A stretch of DNA of 59,905 bases, filler included, from Sphacelaria rigidula (lineage: Eukaryota): NCBI GenBank assembly GCA_964200075.2. It is 5 parts of 5 records of this genome, joined end to end, with 100 filler letters (N's around TTAATTAATTAA, not from the genome) between each part and the next. Parts side by side here need not be neighbours in the genome. Positions count along the whole stretch, not along the records: positions 1 to 11,902 come from CAXNAA020004355.1; positions 12,003 to 23,904 come from CAXNAA020004356.1; 3 more parts are not named here. One strand, 5' to 3'. Every line of letters begins with the position of its first letter. The stretch's first letter is position 1. The position numbers and the translations under genes were made by a program. The notes beneath the pieces were generated by a model, which had not been told where the DNA came from, ran no database searches, and saw only the letters and a list, made by a program, of their open reading frames with translations. This document shows positions 1-12,211 of this stretch, one piece after another.

Positions 1-166
1 ACACACGCCACACCAACCCAGTCAACTACTTTGTTTACTCACGTGCTCCCGCTTTCCACGGTGGAATCATACATTACGTAGAAAAAAACCAACGCGTCGG
101 GAATCGAACCCCCGTTCTCTCCACCCTAATGACGATAGTCGGAGCATTACACCACGGGGGCGCGGC
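1..166 (-). mobile_element. tRNA-derived SINE (family A), 5' part, cut by contig start
   Basis: Minus strand reads GCCCCCGTGGTGTAATG (A-box) ... GGGTTCGATTCCCGAC (B-box). The body matches 47700-47830 (gctttccacggtggaa...aaaaaacc..gtcgggaatcgaacc). Confidence 0.7.
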
Positions 167-389
167 GGTCTGATTGCTCGATGCAAATTCTAGAAAAGCT
201 CGCAAAAACTATCGCACCACATTTTCTCATGTCTGACCGAACCCAAAGCGAGCGCTTTCTCTCAGCTTTTGATAGCCGTTTTGATTCTATAGAGTCAGAT
301 GAAAATATCAGGACTTTCTTCCCTGTAAAATTTGTAAGCAACGAATTGCTAGAGTCAGTACAGCAACTAAATTATCTAGGTTTCTTTGA

Positions 390-985
390 CCTACCTGCTG
401 CCGATCACGCTGCTTGAAAGCTAATCTCAGGCAAGACCTTTCTGGTCAGCGCTTGACGGCGTGGGTCACAAGTGAAACCGCAAGTGAATGGTTGATGATG
501 GAACATCCTGTTTCCTGGTGAAAACATATCTCGCCTCAGCTTGTGATAGCCTCATGAGCGTCGAATTTTTCAGAGAAACACACACATACACATACACACA
601 CACCCTGCGCACGCGACCGACTGTACCTCAAATATGCTCATAGATTTCAGTGTGCCAGCCCCCATACGGGTCACACCAGTAGCAGCTAAGTCTCCGCCAG
701 TGGTAGCTTTTCTCACTCCGCATGCCAAGAAGGTCTCCACGAGTGTTTGATCTCTACTACATTCCTTCAACCTGGATGTGTACGATCGCCCTTGTGCCAA
801 GCGTGGGGCAAAAAACGATAACGCCCCCTCCACACACACGCGATTGGATCTTGGCGGAACGGTCATTGCTCACGCATGCGTATATGACAAGCGGACAGCG
901 GTGACAGGAAAGTCGCCCTGTTCTTCAATGATGCGTTCAGTAGTGCATCGAGGCACGTCCTGTCCAAAAAGAGAGGCAGAAAGGA
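390..985. repeat. Dispersed repeat, copy 1 (unclassified decayed TE)
   Basis: Colinear similarity with 23170-23755, e.g. tcactccgcatg(c/t)caa(g/a)aaggtctc and tgtccaaaaagagaggcaga. Confidence 0.65.
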
Positions 986-2354
986 ATCGATATTTGCAAT
1001 GGCCGGCGCCAGACAAGAGACGACTATATCAGTCAAGATGCAGCAACCCTGGGCACCCCGATCTTCTTATGGGGACTGTGCAGCAAATCACCTGCCATGC
1101 TTGTGCCGACGTTGGCAAGTCGGGTATGTGCTGGTAAAATTATGCCAATCTCTCCAGCGATTGAGAATCGCCAAAGGAGGACACGCAAAGGACACGGGCC
1201 AGGAGCTTCCTCTCCGCCATTGCTCCTCCGGTGGTATCGTCATTGACACACGTGTACACCGCATTCATTCGGTGCACCTAGCCTCGCTTGCTTAACTGCA
1301 ACATAAATTATTTTTTCGCAAATGCTTTCGTTTCGCAACTCTGTTTCGCGGAAAATGCGACCTTTTGGAAGGCGAGTTCAACCTCATTTGAACGTTCGAC
1401 CTGATATTTCAAGATATTTTGCTCAGATTCTTGTCGTCGGCAGCAGTGGCGAGGGTGGCACGTCGACGGCTTGTACTGTTCTCAGCCATTCCACTCGCAG
1501 CATGCACCGAAGCGAGTCGCAGCTATCTTGATCTATCGATCGATTGATCGATTGTTGCACCTTAACTGACCCCCCAGAAATTCAGCTCTGGTCACATGAT
1601 AGACGTACCCGAGATGAAAACAAAATGGAAACACCTGAGAACCACTTTGCCCACGTCGGACTCCGTAGCGAGATGCACCGGTGCTTGACACATTCGTGCA
1701 AGTCATTTTGCTTCAACAGAACCTTCATGACGGCGTTTTTCCATTCCTACGGCACTACTTTCCGACGCCACACTATGAGCATGATGTTGTGGAGGCACTT
1801 GAGTATGACAGGTTCGTCGGTGAGGTCGAGCTTCCATAAGAGTTTTCCACACAGATGTCAGTCCCAACGGCCTCGCCGTTCGCCAGCTTGTCCTGTACAC
1901 ATGTGTTTTCCTCGAAACGCGTTTGTTCTGTAGACACGGGACTATGGGTTTTTCGTCAAGGTGAGATTTATAAGACAATATAAATGGACCGCACTCGAGG
2001 GAGACGATAGGGTTTAAATGCATCCAATTGATTCTGCTGCCACAAAATAGACGGGAGAAGCAAAATATTGAGACTAATGCTTCGGGGGTTCATTTTCAAT
2101 GGACCCAACCTGCCAAATCGGGCTCCTGATCCTCCACAGAGACAGACAGTTTTCAGATGAGGAATCGTAGGGTACCAAGTCCAGTAGTAAATTATCCCCT
2201 TCCTTGCTGGAAGGTTACGGACATGAGCAGAAACAAACTACTCCGTCGCACCCTGGGCCCCAACTCCTCCTCTCTCCGGAATTGTTTCGCCGCCACGCGA
2301 GCCCTAAGTTGAACAAGATTATCGTTCATGGGTCGCCTGTTCGCGCGTTTTTTC

Positions 2355-2722
2355 GGCCGCCCCGGCGGCTCAGTTGGTGACCTCGAAACTTCCTAACGAT
2401 CGGGTCGTGGGTTTGAATGCCGGACCGACCCGAGATTTTTTTCTCACACAGTGCCCAAGAGTGGAGAGCGACTATGTCGTGGGTACACAAAATTCGACTT
2501 AACAGTCAACGAGGGAAAGCGGACTGCTGAACGCCTCTTGCGATAAAAAACAGAGGCAAGCACCGCAGAAGGAAGGTGGAGAACTGAAACAAATTGAAAC
2601 GAAAAAACTCCTGTGTTGGCTTTCCTCCTGTGTGACCCCAAACCCCGGCTGGTGCGATCACATATACCGAACGGTGTAGACCGGCGTCCAGAATAGATGG
2701 GATGACAACACAACATACATGT
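2355..2722 (+). mobile_element. tRNA-derived SINE (family B), near full length
   Basis: Head gccccggcggctcagttggtg...gggtttgaatgcc carries A/B boxes. Aligns end to end with 48633-48997 and ends in gggatgacaacacaac. Confidence 0.8.
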
Positions 2723-2804
2723 AAGGGTATAGTTTTCAGTGATTATTACACACGAATGGTTTTCGTCGCCACGCCTCGTCGGCATAAATTAAAATGTTTC
2801 AGCT

Positions 2805-3092
2805 GATCCCATTGGGTCGGGAAAGACGCGGGTTCGATTCACGTCAGATGCGTCTGGTTCGGCGTTTCTTACAGAAGTAAGTATCTCATTTCTGCCGTTG
2901 AAAGGACGAGGACGTCAGTAGCAAAAATAGCCTGTTTGACTGTGCTTGTTGGACAACAACCGACGCGGTGCAGGAGTGCTGATGGCCATGATCCAATCCA
3001 CGATACCAACATGTAAGGCGTGTACAGGGGGAGGGATAGGTTGATCGCTTGAGGTCACGGACTCGTCCCGACGAAGGGGAGCGATTAGAAGT
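2805..3092 (+). mobile_element. SINE family A copy
   Basis: B-box gggttcgattc, then the shared 3' module gcggtgcaggagtgctgat...ccaatccacgataccaacatgtaaggcgtgtac...gaggtcacggactc, also seen near 15750, 46050 and 47620. Confidence 0.7.
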
Positions 3093-6000
3093 GGGACAAA
3101 ACGGAAGAAGTTTACACACGGTCAGCACGGGTGCGTCATGTCAAATGGGCCTCCCATCAAGAGGACAGAAGAGATTTTATTGGTGACACCGGCTTCATAT
3201 TGAAAGCGAGGGGCAAAGAAACTCCTCCAAAGCTTCGATGGTTTTTCTTCTGGTCGTGACACAAAATACACGAATGCGATATTGATTTTCAACACAATGC
3301 TATCAACTCTTACTCGGAGACCCGCGGTGTATCGCAAGAGAAAACACATCACGCGTGGTTCTCCGCGAAGACGGGAAAATCATTTCGCCAGACATTCCAT
3401 ATCCCATCCATACGGCCCGTGTACTCGAAGACACGATTATTACGCAATCGGAATCGTGAGTACAACATTTATATTGACGCTATGCCAAAGACTCTCTTCA
3501 ATTGCCGCACGCCCCCCACGAACGCAGTGAACACATAATAATACAATCAGCCATCCATCAATGGTTTCTCTCCGTGAAGAGCGACGGGTATTTTCGCGTC
3601 TACCCCTCGACACGTAGCTCCTCGTAATCGTCCCTCCATGCCATCCAAGGATCCGTCAACCTACTCAGCACGTTATCGTCCAGGCCGGGGGTGATGGGCG
3701 TAGGTGACGAAACAGCACCTACGGCCCTTTGCTACTCTCCGCTGGTGCATCGTCATTGTGCTCAATAATCAATCCCTACGCCTGAGACACGCCACCACTC
3801 TTGAGCCACAAAAGCATTCGCCGGGGCAGCATCCACACAGGGCAAGCACAACCCAGAATAACCCACAATTTAGTATTTCGGTCCATGTTCCGAAGCTCGA
3901 ATCTTCGCCTTGACAAAAACAACGCTGTGCAGCATAAGTGCGAGTGCTGAGGTTACCCCAGCCCTCATGATACACTGCACTTGGCGCGGAGTTGACGAAT
4001 CGTTGGTGGGGGACAAACCCACATGCAGCGGAGACTCGCGACCGAGAGCAACCACCGCAGAGTACCAGTCACATGCAACGTAAGAGATGATTAAATATAA
4101 GGGGGGTTAGGTACTCGTCCTTTGAGACTGAACGCTGTTTTGTGGGGACTCCGAAAAACTATCCTACGGTGGCCCAATCGGTTCAGCAAATCGCCACAGA
4201 AAACACAACGCAAGCATCCGCTTCTTCGCAGTTCCTGCTCTCGCCTCCCCGAGTTGTCCTGGTGTAGTTATTGTCACCCGTGTCCCCTCTCGAACGCTCG
4301 ACCTAGTTTCTGGGGATTAACGGTGGTCAAGATACCGAGAGAAGGGTAATTTTGACGGTGAACCGTTGGTAGCTATACGCCGCTAGGGATGGTTCCCTCA
4401 AGTGAGGGGCACTTCGGGGGTAAGTTGAATTTAGTGCCGCAACCGGTACGTGCAAACGCGACCGACCATAAGCAACGATTTACATCGTGCACAACCCTCA
4501 CATGCAGACATGTTCAGGCATTGATACAATCGAGGGGTGAAGTCCTCACTGTCAAAGAGCCGTGTATACAGAGAATGTGACGCCAGCATTCAATATAAGC
4601 GGCGTAACTTTTGGTGACACCAGCAAGCCAGTCTTCCACCAAATGAAAAAAAAAAAAAGACAGTATCACCGGGGGGTTATAGCTGCGGCATCTGACCTGA
4701 GCTGGTCTGGGCAGATGCAAATGCCCCCCCACAACGTTGAGAAGGCCGTTTTCTACTCAGCAGCTACTCTGCTGTGCGGTCGGTGAAGGTCAATCGAAAA
4801 GAGCTTGGTAGCACACTGTGCATGGTCACGCGATGACGTGCGGAGAATGTGTCCCATCAGTCTTAGCTGTGGAGGGCACCTGCATGTTACTGTGGCTTCG
4901 TTCGAACGTAAATCTTCACGTGCATTCTTGATCGTACCTCATCGCTGCAGTTGGAAAGGTCGAGCGACATCTCAAGGGGATCCTCCTCGCTCCCCCCGCC
5001 CTGCTCATTGACGACGCTCTCCGCATCCTGCCTTTGATCACAATGATCAGTCACCCGTAATTCTTTTGGTAGATCCACATCATAGTGAACGCGTTCGTGC
5101 TCCTCTCCGAACCCACCACTCCCCGTCTCTCTCGGCCCATCCAGAAAACGACGCATTTTCGTCGTTGCAAGATTCGGGCTTCTCTCCACCGTGTGATCTG
5201 TTATCCGACCACTCGCCTCCTCTGACCCATCCACCAAATTACCAGAAAGGTTTACTGTAAAGCTACGACTACTCCCGTCTGCACGGCTGTTGCGGAGCTC
5301 GGACTTGTCGGCGTGGGGCGCGACATGGGGTCGAATTTCCGATTCAACCCTCTTCTCCAGTGCACCGTTTGGCAGGGTTCTGATCACTATGCCGTCGCTA
5401 CCTCGCACGCTTGTCTCTATCATCGATGCGGTACTAGCGTGAGAATTAAGGTTTGGGCGGGAGTGTTTCGGGCTAGGAATGATCTGCGGAGAGGAGGCTT
5501 CCGGCGCAGCGGGTCGAACTGGTGGTCGCAGTAGCGAAGTTGGAGATGATCGCGTGACTACTGCACTCTCCGGCGGGGATGGTGCTGCGGGTGCGATATG
5601 ATTGTTTCCCGCCTGGCTGCGCCACCGTCGTAGTTCCTGAGCATTTGTTGCCAGTAAATATCGAGGGACGTGCAGGGAGACAAAACAAGACGTCAGGGCC
5701 CCGCCGTTCGTGTGTCATGCGATAGGAAATACTATTCGTTCGAGGTGTTGGTTGCCACCAGGGGATTGACGCACGTTTGAAAATATTGAAATGCTGCTGC
5801 TCCACCTCCGGAATGGCGTGCATACGAACAACTTCGCGGGTACTGTACGCCGGTGGGTACCATACATGGTTAGGTGCAGCTAGTCACGACACCAGACACG
5901 AGTACTACTTTTCGTGCACGTCAAGAAGTACGATTCACCTCCAATAAGCTGGGACCACCAATCCCTTTGTCCTGTCTGCACCATTCTGTCTTCACCGTGT

Positions 6001-8982
6001 CTGGCAGAGCGCATCGATCGCCATCTTGCAGCTGATCATCCCTGCTACTGATCGTTTTGCCGATCGCTCGGCAACCACTTTCCAATAGACTTCTTTCAGG
6101 TCCACTGGGCACCGCGTGCCGCACATCCGTAGATGGGTGTGGCGGAGGAGTAGCATGCTGTTGTCTGGCGTTGTTCCAATCCCGTGCTTCTTCTCGGCCT
6201 TGGTGGTGGATGCTGGGGTCTTGAGCGGCATTTGTAGAATCGATTGGCCCCTTTTTGAAAGCTCGACCTTCATGTGAAGAACCTTCTTCGTCGCTGAATA
6301 TGGAAGCCGCCGTTGGGGGATCCACTTGCCCAAGCAGGACGCTGTGTGGGCGACAACGAAGCAACCAGGCGTCAAGTTTTGTAACTTGCGCCAAATTAGG
6401 TTTCGGTTGTGACCCAAATTTTAGACAGTCGTTGGTGCCTGTGCTGAGCTAGATACTCACGCATTTTGAGGTTTGGTAGGATCTTTGTGTGGGATTTCGA
6501 AGGACAAATATCTACCGTAGCAATAGCTTCGTTCAACCAATCATTCAGCCACCTCTCAATTGTGACGAACTGAACCATCGTTGGCATGCGCAGGTGTACA
6601 CAAAAGCCTTCCAATACTTGCAATCACCATCATATTGTAACATGGTTCAGTAAAACACGCAGTTGAATACTGTACGCACCTTTCCGTGACCCTATACATG
6701 AACTCCAAGAACGCTTTTCGGTCACAGAGCAGGCTGTTGTCTCCCTCTCCCGAGCGCAACTCTTTCAGGGCGCGCTCTGCGAACGATCGCACGCGCGGAG
6801 CTGTGCATGTACGAACAGCGACGATTTAATGCAGCAACCAAGAGAACGTTTGCTGCTGGTCTTTATATCCCTTCTGAGTGTCGTTGTCCACTTGTATTGC
6901 TCTTGTGTTGAATATCCGCTAGTCGTGCTATCCTTCTGTCCTTCTTTATTCAAGATCTCATTTGACAAGTGTTTCCATTTGACAAGTGTGTCCGTCCATT
7001 TACTTCGGCCACGTATATTTTTGGGCCGCGACTGGATGCCTACTGAATCAGTCAATACAGTACCGGCCGCCCTGCTAGGGAGAAAAACTGCATGTGGCCC
7101 AGGCTCAAAGCCCTTATATAGGCGAGAGGCCAGCTGACTTTCTAACTCGGAAATTTTCCCATGCTTCCGACGAGAGCACCACAAACAAACGGCGTTTTCT
7201 TACCTCTGAGCTTCTCACTGGGAGTCGACCCCACCGGCGAACCCTTCACATGGTCAATATTATGCAGCCGAACAAAAAAACGCTTCACGATCGAACAAAA
7301 AGTAGAAATAATTGACTTGTTTCTTCGCCGAGAATCACTAGTTGGACTCGCACGGATCCACCATTTTCTGGGACCCGAGGTGATATTTTTCTGGTCTACA
7401 AGGTAGTATTATTCCCTTCCACCACTGTTCATCATCACGGAAACCCAGCCCTACCCTACCGAACCCAACCATGACACTCTGGTTATTTCCCGGCCCCGTG
7501 ATGATAAAAATATCTTGTCAGGCCCATGGAGCGACGGAGAGGGGTTCGCGTTTCTCGTCCGTTGGCACCTTTGTGATATGATCCCTTATCTGACGATTTC
7601 TTGTGAAAAACTGACCCCTATTTCTCAGGCTCTACTTCTTATCGTACACGAAAAGTTGTGCCGCAGATTCCTACAGATTGATTTCTTTCTTCTATAGTGG
7701 CGGGCAAGTACTGTTTGGACCCACCAATACATCTCTCAATCAATCATCAATAGAAAGACAAGTTCCAAGGGTAGCATAGAGCATGGAGTATAAAAAAAAT
7801 CCAACGGGAAACCCTATTCGTTCGCGTAATTCTGTCTTTGGCACTGGCAAATGCCTACGCAGTAGCTCTCCGTTTACTTTTACTTCATCATAGTTTGTTC
7901 ATATGGTCGTATTATTTTCGAAGTATTTATTTGTTGTACGAGAAGTACTCGTATCACCATATAATTAATTAACTAGGTGATTAATGTATTAATCAATTTA
8001 TTGGTTGGTTGGTTGGGAATGGATGGTTGGATGGTTGGTTGGGATTGAATTTTATTTTGTGGACAAGGGAAAGACAATATTGTGGAACAAAATCCGTTCC
8101 TGTCTTGCTCAAGCTGCAGTGCATACGATCATCACCGCGTCACTTTGCAGAAAGTTTTTGACGGTTCGGGCACACTGCCTACATCAGACGACCAAACAAG
8201 ACAAACTGTCGTACTCCACAGCACTGCATGCATGTGATACTCCTATCCGCATATACCTCGACCTCGGCCGTGCACTACTGTCCGTAGGCGTCAGGAATCC
8301 TTGGATCTCAGTCCTTACTTGTCGACTGCCTGGGATCGTGCAGAAAGTTGGTCGAATGATGTGTACATACCTGCAATACAAAGTCAGTTAGGACTCTTGC
8401 CTGTTTACCCTGGTGAAAGCAACTGACATAATATCTTCTACAGTGCATCTTACTTGGTGCGGGGTACTGTGGCTGCGTGAACATTTCCTCCGAGCTCGTC
8501 ATAGAGGCACAGCTATTGTGCAAATTGTGGAAGCAGCCTCCTTCGGTCCCGATCTCTGTTCGACCCACTTAGCGGCGTGGAGCAGCACCAAACATGACAG
8601 CACCACAAGGTACGCTTTGCCAAACACCTCCCTTATAAATAGCTGAGAATAATGCCAAGATTGATGCCAAGATTGATGCAGTTCTGAGTTGTCAGAATCT
8701 AGAAACTTCAGTAGATCACGACACCCGTGTCCATGTGTGTCTAAGCCTCTGAATTCCAAGAGGATTTTTACAGGTAGATCGGGTTGTAACGACAAACGGC
8801 GCGGCGGGGGGTGTCGATTGACTTGCGGACATAGCCAAAATGTGACGGTTTCATAGAAATTGTGACGTTTCGTTCTACAATTGCTCCGCACAACGTGCAC
8901 CACCTGCAACCGACAGTCAACAGCCGGCAGTCAGCAGCGCAACAGCTGTAGTAGTTGTTACTGCAGAAGGCGTCCGTTACCA

Positions 8983-9269
8983 ATGCCGGACGCACGAGTA
9001 GGCGATCGTCCAGAAGAAACCGCAACAGCCGTTGAGGCCGCTCCAGTGGGGTTAGGCGTAATAAACAGAAGTGCCGAGTCAGTACCTGCCGATTTGGGCC
9101 CTCCTAAATTGAGCGAGGATGGCGGCGGCGGCGCCAGGCCATTTTCGGTGCGATGCTTGACGCGCAAGCCGCTGGAAGTGGTGCATGCTGAAGAAGACGA
9201 GGAAGTGCTTGAGCGAACCCTTGGTTTCTGGGATTTGTTTTCTCTGGGCTTCGGCGGGACAGTTGGCAG
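8983..9269 (+). CDS. First exon of an APC-superfamily cationic amino acid transporter (5' partial gene)
   Basis: ATG at 8983. Peptide ...RCLTRKPLEVVHAEEDEEVLERTLGFWDLFSLGFGGTVG(S) matches the CAT-family RK...L.R.L...DL...G.G..VGSG N-terminal/TM1 motif. Donor CAG/GTGTTA at 9270. No later exon recognised before the contig ends. Confidence 0.85.
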
Positions 9270-11819
9270 GTGTTAACACAACCTCGCGAGCTTATCTCGT
9301 TCGTGGAGTTCTTGATTTCGCCGATTGTACTTGCTGTTTGACCCGAACTGACTCTCGTACTAAGTATTGAGTGTTGTACTCTCACAGCTGCCTGGGAGAG
9401 TGATGCAGGATACCATACCTGGCGATGTGTTGTGCTCAGTACTACTCTAGACCGGTGCTGGCTTTGTTGGCCTACCGATAGGATATGCTGTCCTGTTCTG
9501 TAATACGAAGTGCGACAATCAATCTTTCGATCATCTAGTACTACAACTTTGCAGTTTTGTGCTGTCTTCCTATCTGTTCCAACATATCTCAGAGATGAGC
9601 AAATCTATTCCGATACGACACTAGTACCTCACGTTCCACACGATTTCTCTTCGACTGCACACAAATGGATCACTACGGGCGGCTGTCACCTAACTAGCGG
9701 AGACTGCTTCACCTTTGCGCAAGGCGCTGCTCATCGCCTCCAGATGGACCGACTGAAAATATGAAGAAATAACCCCTGTGATCAGACTGCATCATGACCC
9801 GGGGGGTAGAGTTTGTTGGGCCACTGAACAAGCGATGTGCCATGACGTTTTGAAAACAAAGCGCAGCTGCTCATGTACAGGTATAGCGTTGGAGTTGCTG
9901 GTGTCGAAGGTCAGCCGATTAGATTGTTTGGAAATGCAGTCTCCCTCCCATAAGGATAAGCGTTATTTAGACTACATCTGCAATAGCAGTGGCGATTTTA
10001 ACGCCAATCGTACTTGTGCCTCGTACATTCCGCCGCACATCGTACAATGTAAATGGAACCCCTGCCGGGTTCAATACCATGCATGCAGTTGCCGACGTGC
10101 CTTGTAGACTCCCTTATGCCCGATAGTGCTCGCGCTGTTGCGAAAAGGACCTCATGTCTGCACAATCCATACAGGAACGCCTGTAGGTTTTGCTGCACAC
10201 CTTGCAGGCGGTGCTGTTCACGCCGAATACACACAAACAGGCCTTGTACGGGGTTGATCTGCGTTGGTCTATCGCAGGAAAACCGTCCGAAGCATGTAAT
10301 GCATGAGCGCGAGTAGAGTGTCATTAGCGCGTCAGTTAATGGCGTCAATGGTATCGCCCGGAACGAAAGCAGGAAACGAAATGTTGGCATGGTAGCCGAA
10401 AATAAACACCCTTGGGGAACTTCTGACGCCCTTGCTGCTGGACTGTTGAATATCATGAAAGTCTCCATGGGGCATTGAATCAGCATTTGACATCACAACC
10501 ATCCCAAAGCTTCAAGGAAGTATGTATGAAGAAAGCTCTTCATGATCAAGGTACGAGTGTTGTAAACCTTCCCTTCCGAAGTTCGGAGCGTCCCTTCTTT
10601 GCTACCACTTGTACACGGCACCCGGAACAGAGCAATGTATCACACTGCCACGACAATACCATACGTTTACTGTACACAACACATGGCACTATTTAGACAC
10701 CTCGCAATATTACTTACGTTCCAAATTCGAGTGGGCGTGGCTCGCGAGACTTCTTGTCCAGTCATACATCGGTATCTGCGGTGGTTTCGCCGTATGCCTG
10801 AAGCACACTCCCCTCAGCTTGAAGCTTGCCACTTTTGAAGCTGTTCCAAGAAACGGCCGTTGCCACCCCAAAACGCACCCTTGTTGTGCTCTGCATGGCC
10901 CTAGTACTGTTTGAAGGGGCTATGGCACGAACGCCTGTGCGCACTGCCAAACCAGAGACGCGAGTTTTTTTGGCAACGCAGCGAGGTCGTTCGTTGTGCG
11001 AACGTACGCAAAATACCCTTTGAAGTGATCATGTGCTCTGTCAACCCAAACGGCAGGGTGCGGTTGGGCCAGAAGACGCTAGTGCAGTAGTAGAGATTGG
11101 GTTGAGTCGGAGTAGCTGAATTGATGACAGCCGATATTCAGAACCGTTTTTCATTGAAGGCGCCAAAACATAGCCCGCTAGACTCGCTGGGCAAACGCAG
11201 TAGCAGGTCCATGTTCCATAAAAAAACTGTAATCCGGCAAATGGTAAGGCGAGTTTGTCGAGAGCTCTGTTTGTACGTTTTTTGCCGCAACCATCGGGTG
11301 TTTTGCCCGCTTCTAGCGATGAAAGGTGGTCGAGCATCCAATGGACTGCTGCACCGTAGTTTGTCGGCAGCCTGCACATTGGTGAGAGCAAAGGGGGCGG
11401 ATGTTCATGTATGTACATGTCATAAAATCTATGAAAAAGCGACCCACAAACGACGAAAAGCCTACCTTGTGCGACGCTGCAAAAATATATTCCGAGTATT
11501 CTTGTCTACTCCAGCTCATCCCTTCGAATCTGTCAAACTTGTCGGTTACAGGTATTTTCGTGTTCGAGTATTGTGTGGCGTCATGTTGCGCCGTGCTTCT
11601 CTTACAGTGACCGACCGATTACCTGTACATCTGTTGACATTTGGACTGTTTTCCCTCAACCCAAACCCCGTCGCCGTAGCTCGAAGAACACTGTTTTGAC
11701 CCTTCAGAGCCTGGGGCTTCCTCGCGACAGTGATGCCTGTTCGAAGGTTGGTGGCTTGTGGTTTCTAGCCGGTATCGTGTGACCACGGGTCCGAGAGATC
11801 GAGCTAATGTGACGGATAT

Positions 11820-11847
11820 AATTATAACTATAATTATAATTATAATC

Positions 11848-11902
<55 letters not shown>
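11820..11902. repeat. (AAT)n microsatellite at contig end
   Basis: Direct reading. Confidence 0.95.
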
Positions 11903-12002
11903 NNNNNNNNNNNNNNNNNNNNNNNNNNNNNNNNNNNNNNNNNNNNTTAATTAATTAANNNNNNNNNNNNNNNNNNNNNNNNNNNNNNNNNNNNNNNNNN
12001 NN
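11903..12002. other. Artificial contig linker N44-TTAATTAATTAA-N44
   Basis: Six-frame stop linker; identical 100-bp structure recurs four times in the window. Confidence 0.97.
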
Positions 12003-12067
12003 CCCCCGCCCCGGAGGGATGCGAGGTCAACGGTCTTCATCCTATGGCAGGCATGAAAATGGGGACG

Positions 12068-12098
<31 letters not shown>

Positions 12099-12211
12099 TC
12101 CAGCGTTCGTCGTAGCGACGCATCCTCTTACACACACACTCCCGCCACCGCTCCTCATAGTTCTTCATTTTCTAAAACTTTGTTTTTTCCCCTCAATCCA
12201 CGCACGCCCGG

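Noticed and set aside
10100..10260. PHD-like CKVCSKTYRRSC on the minus strand
   Set aside because: Lacks the His ligand, is followed closely by a stop, and is too short to support a call.
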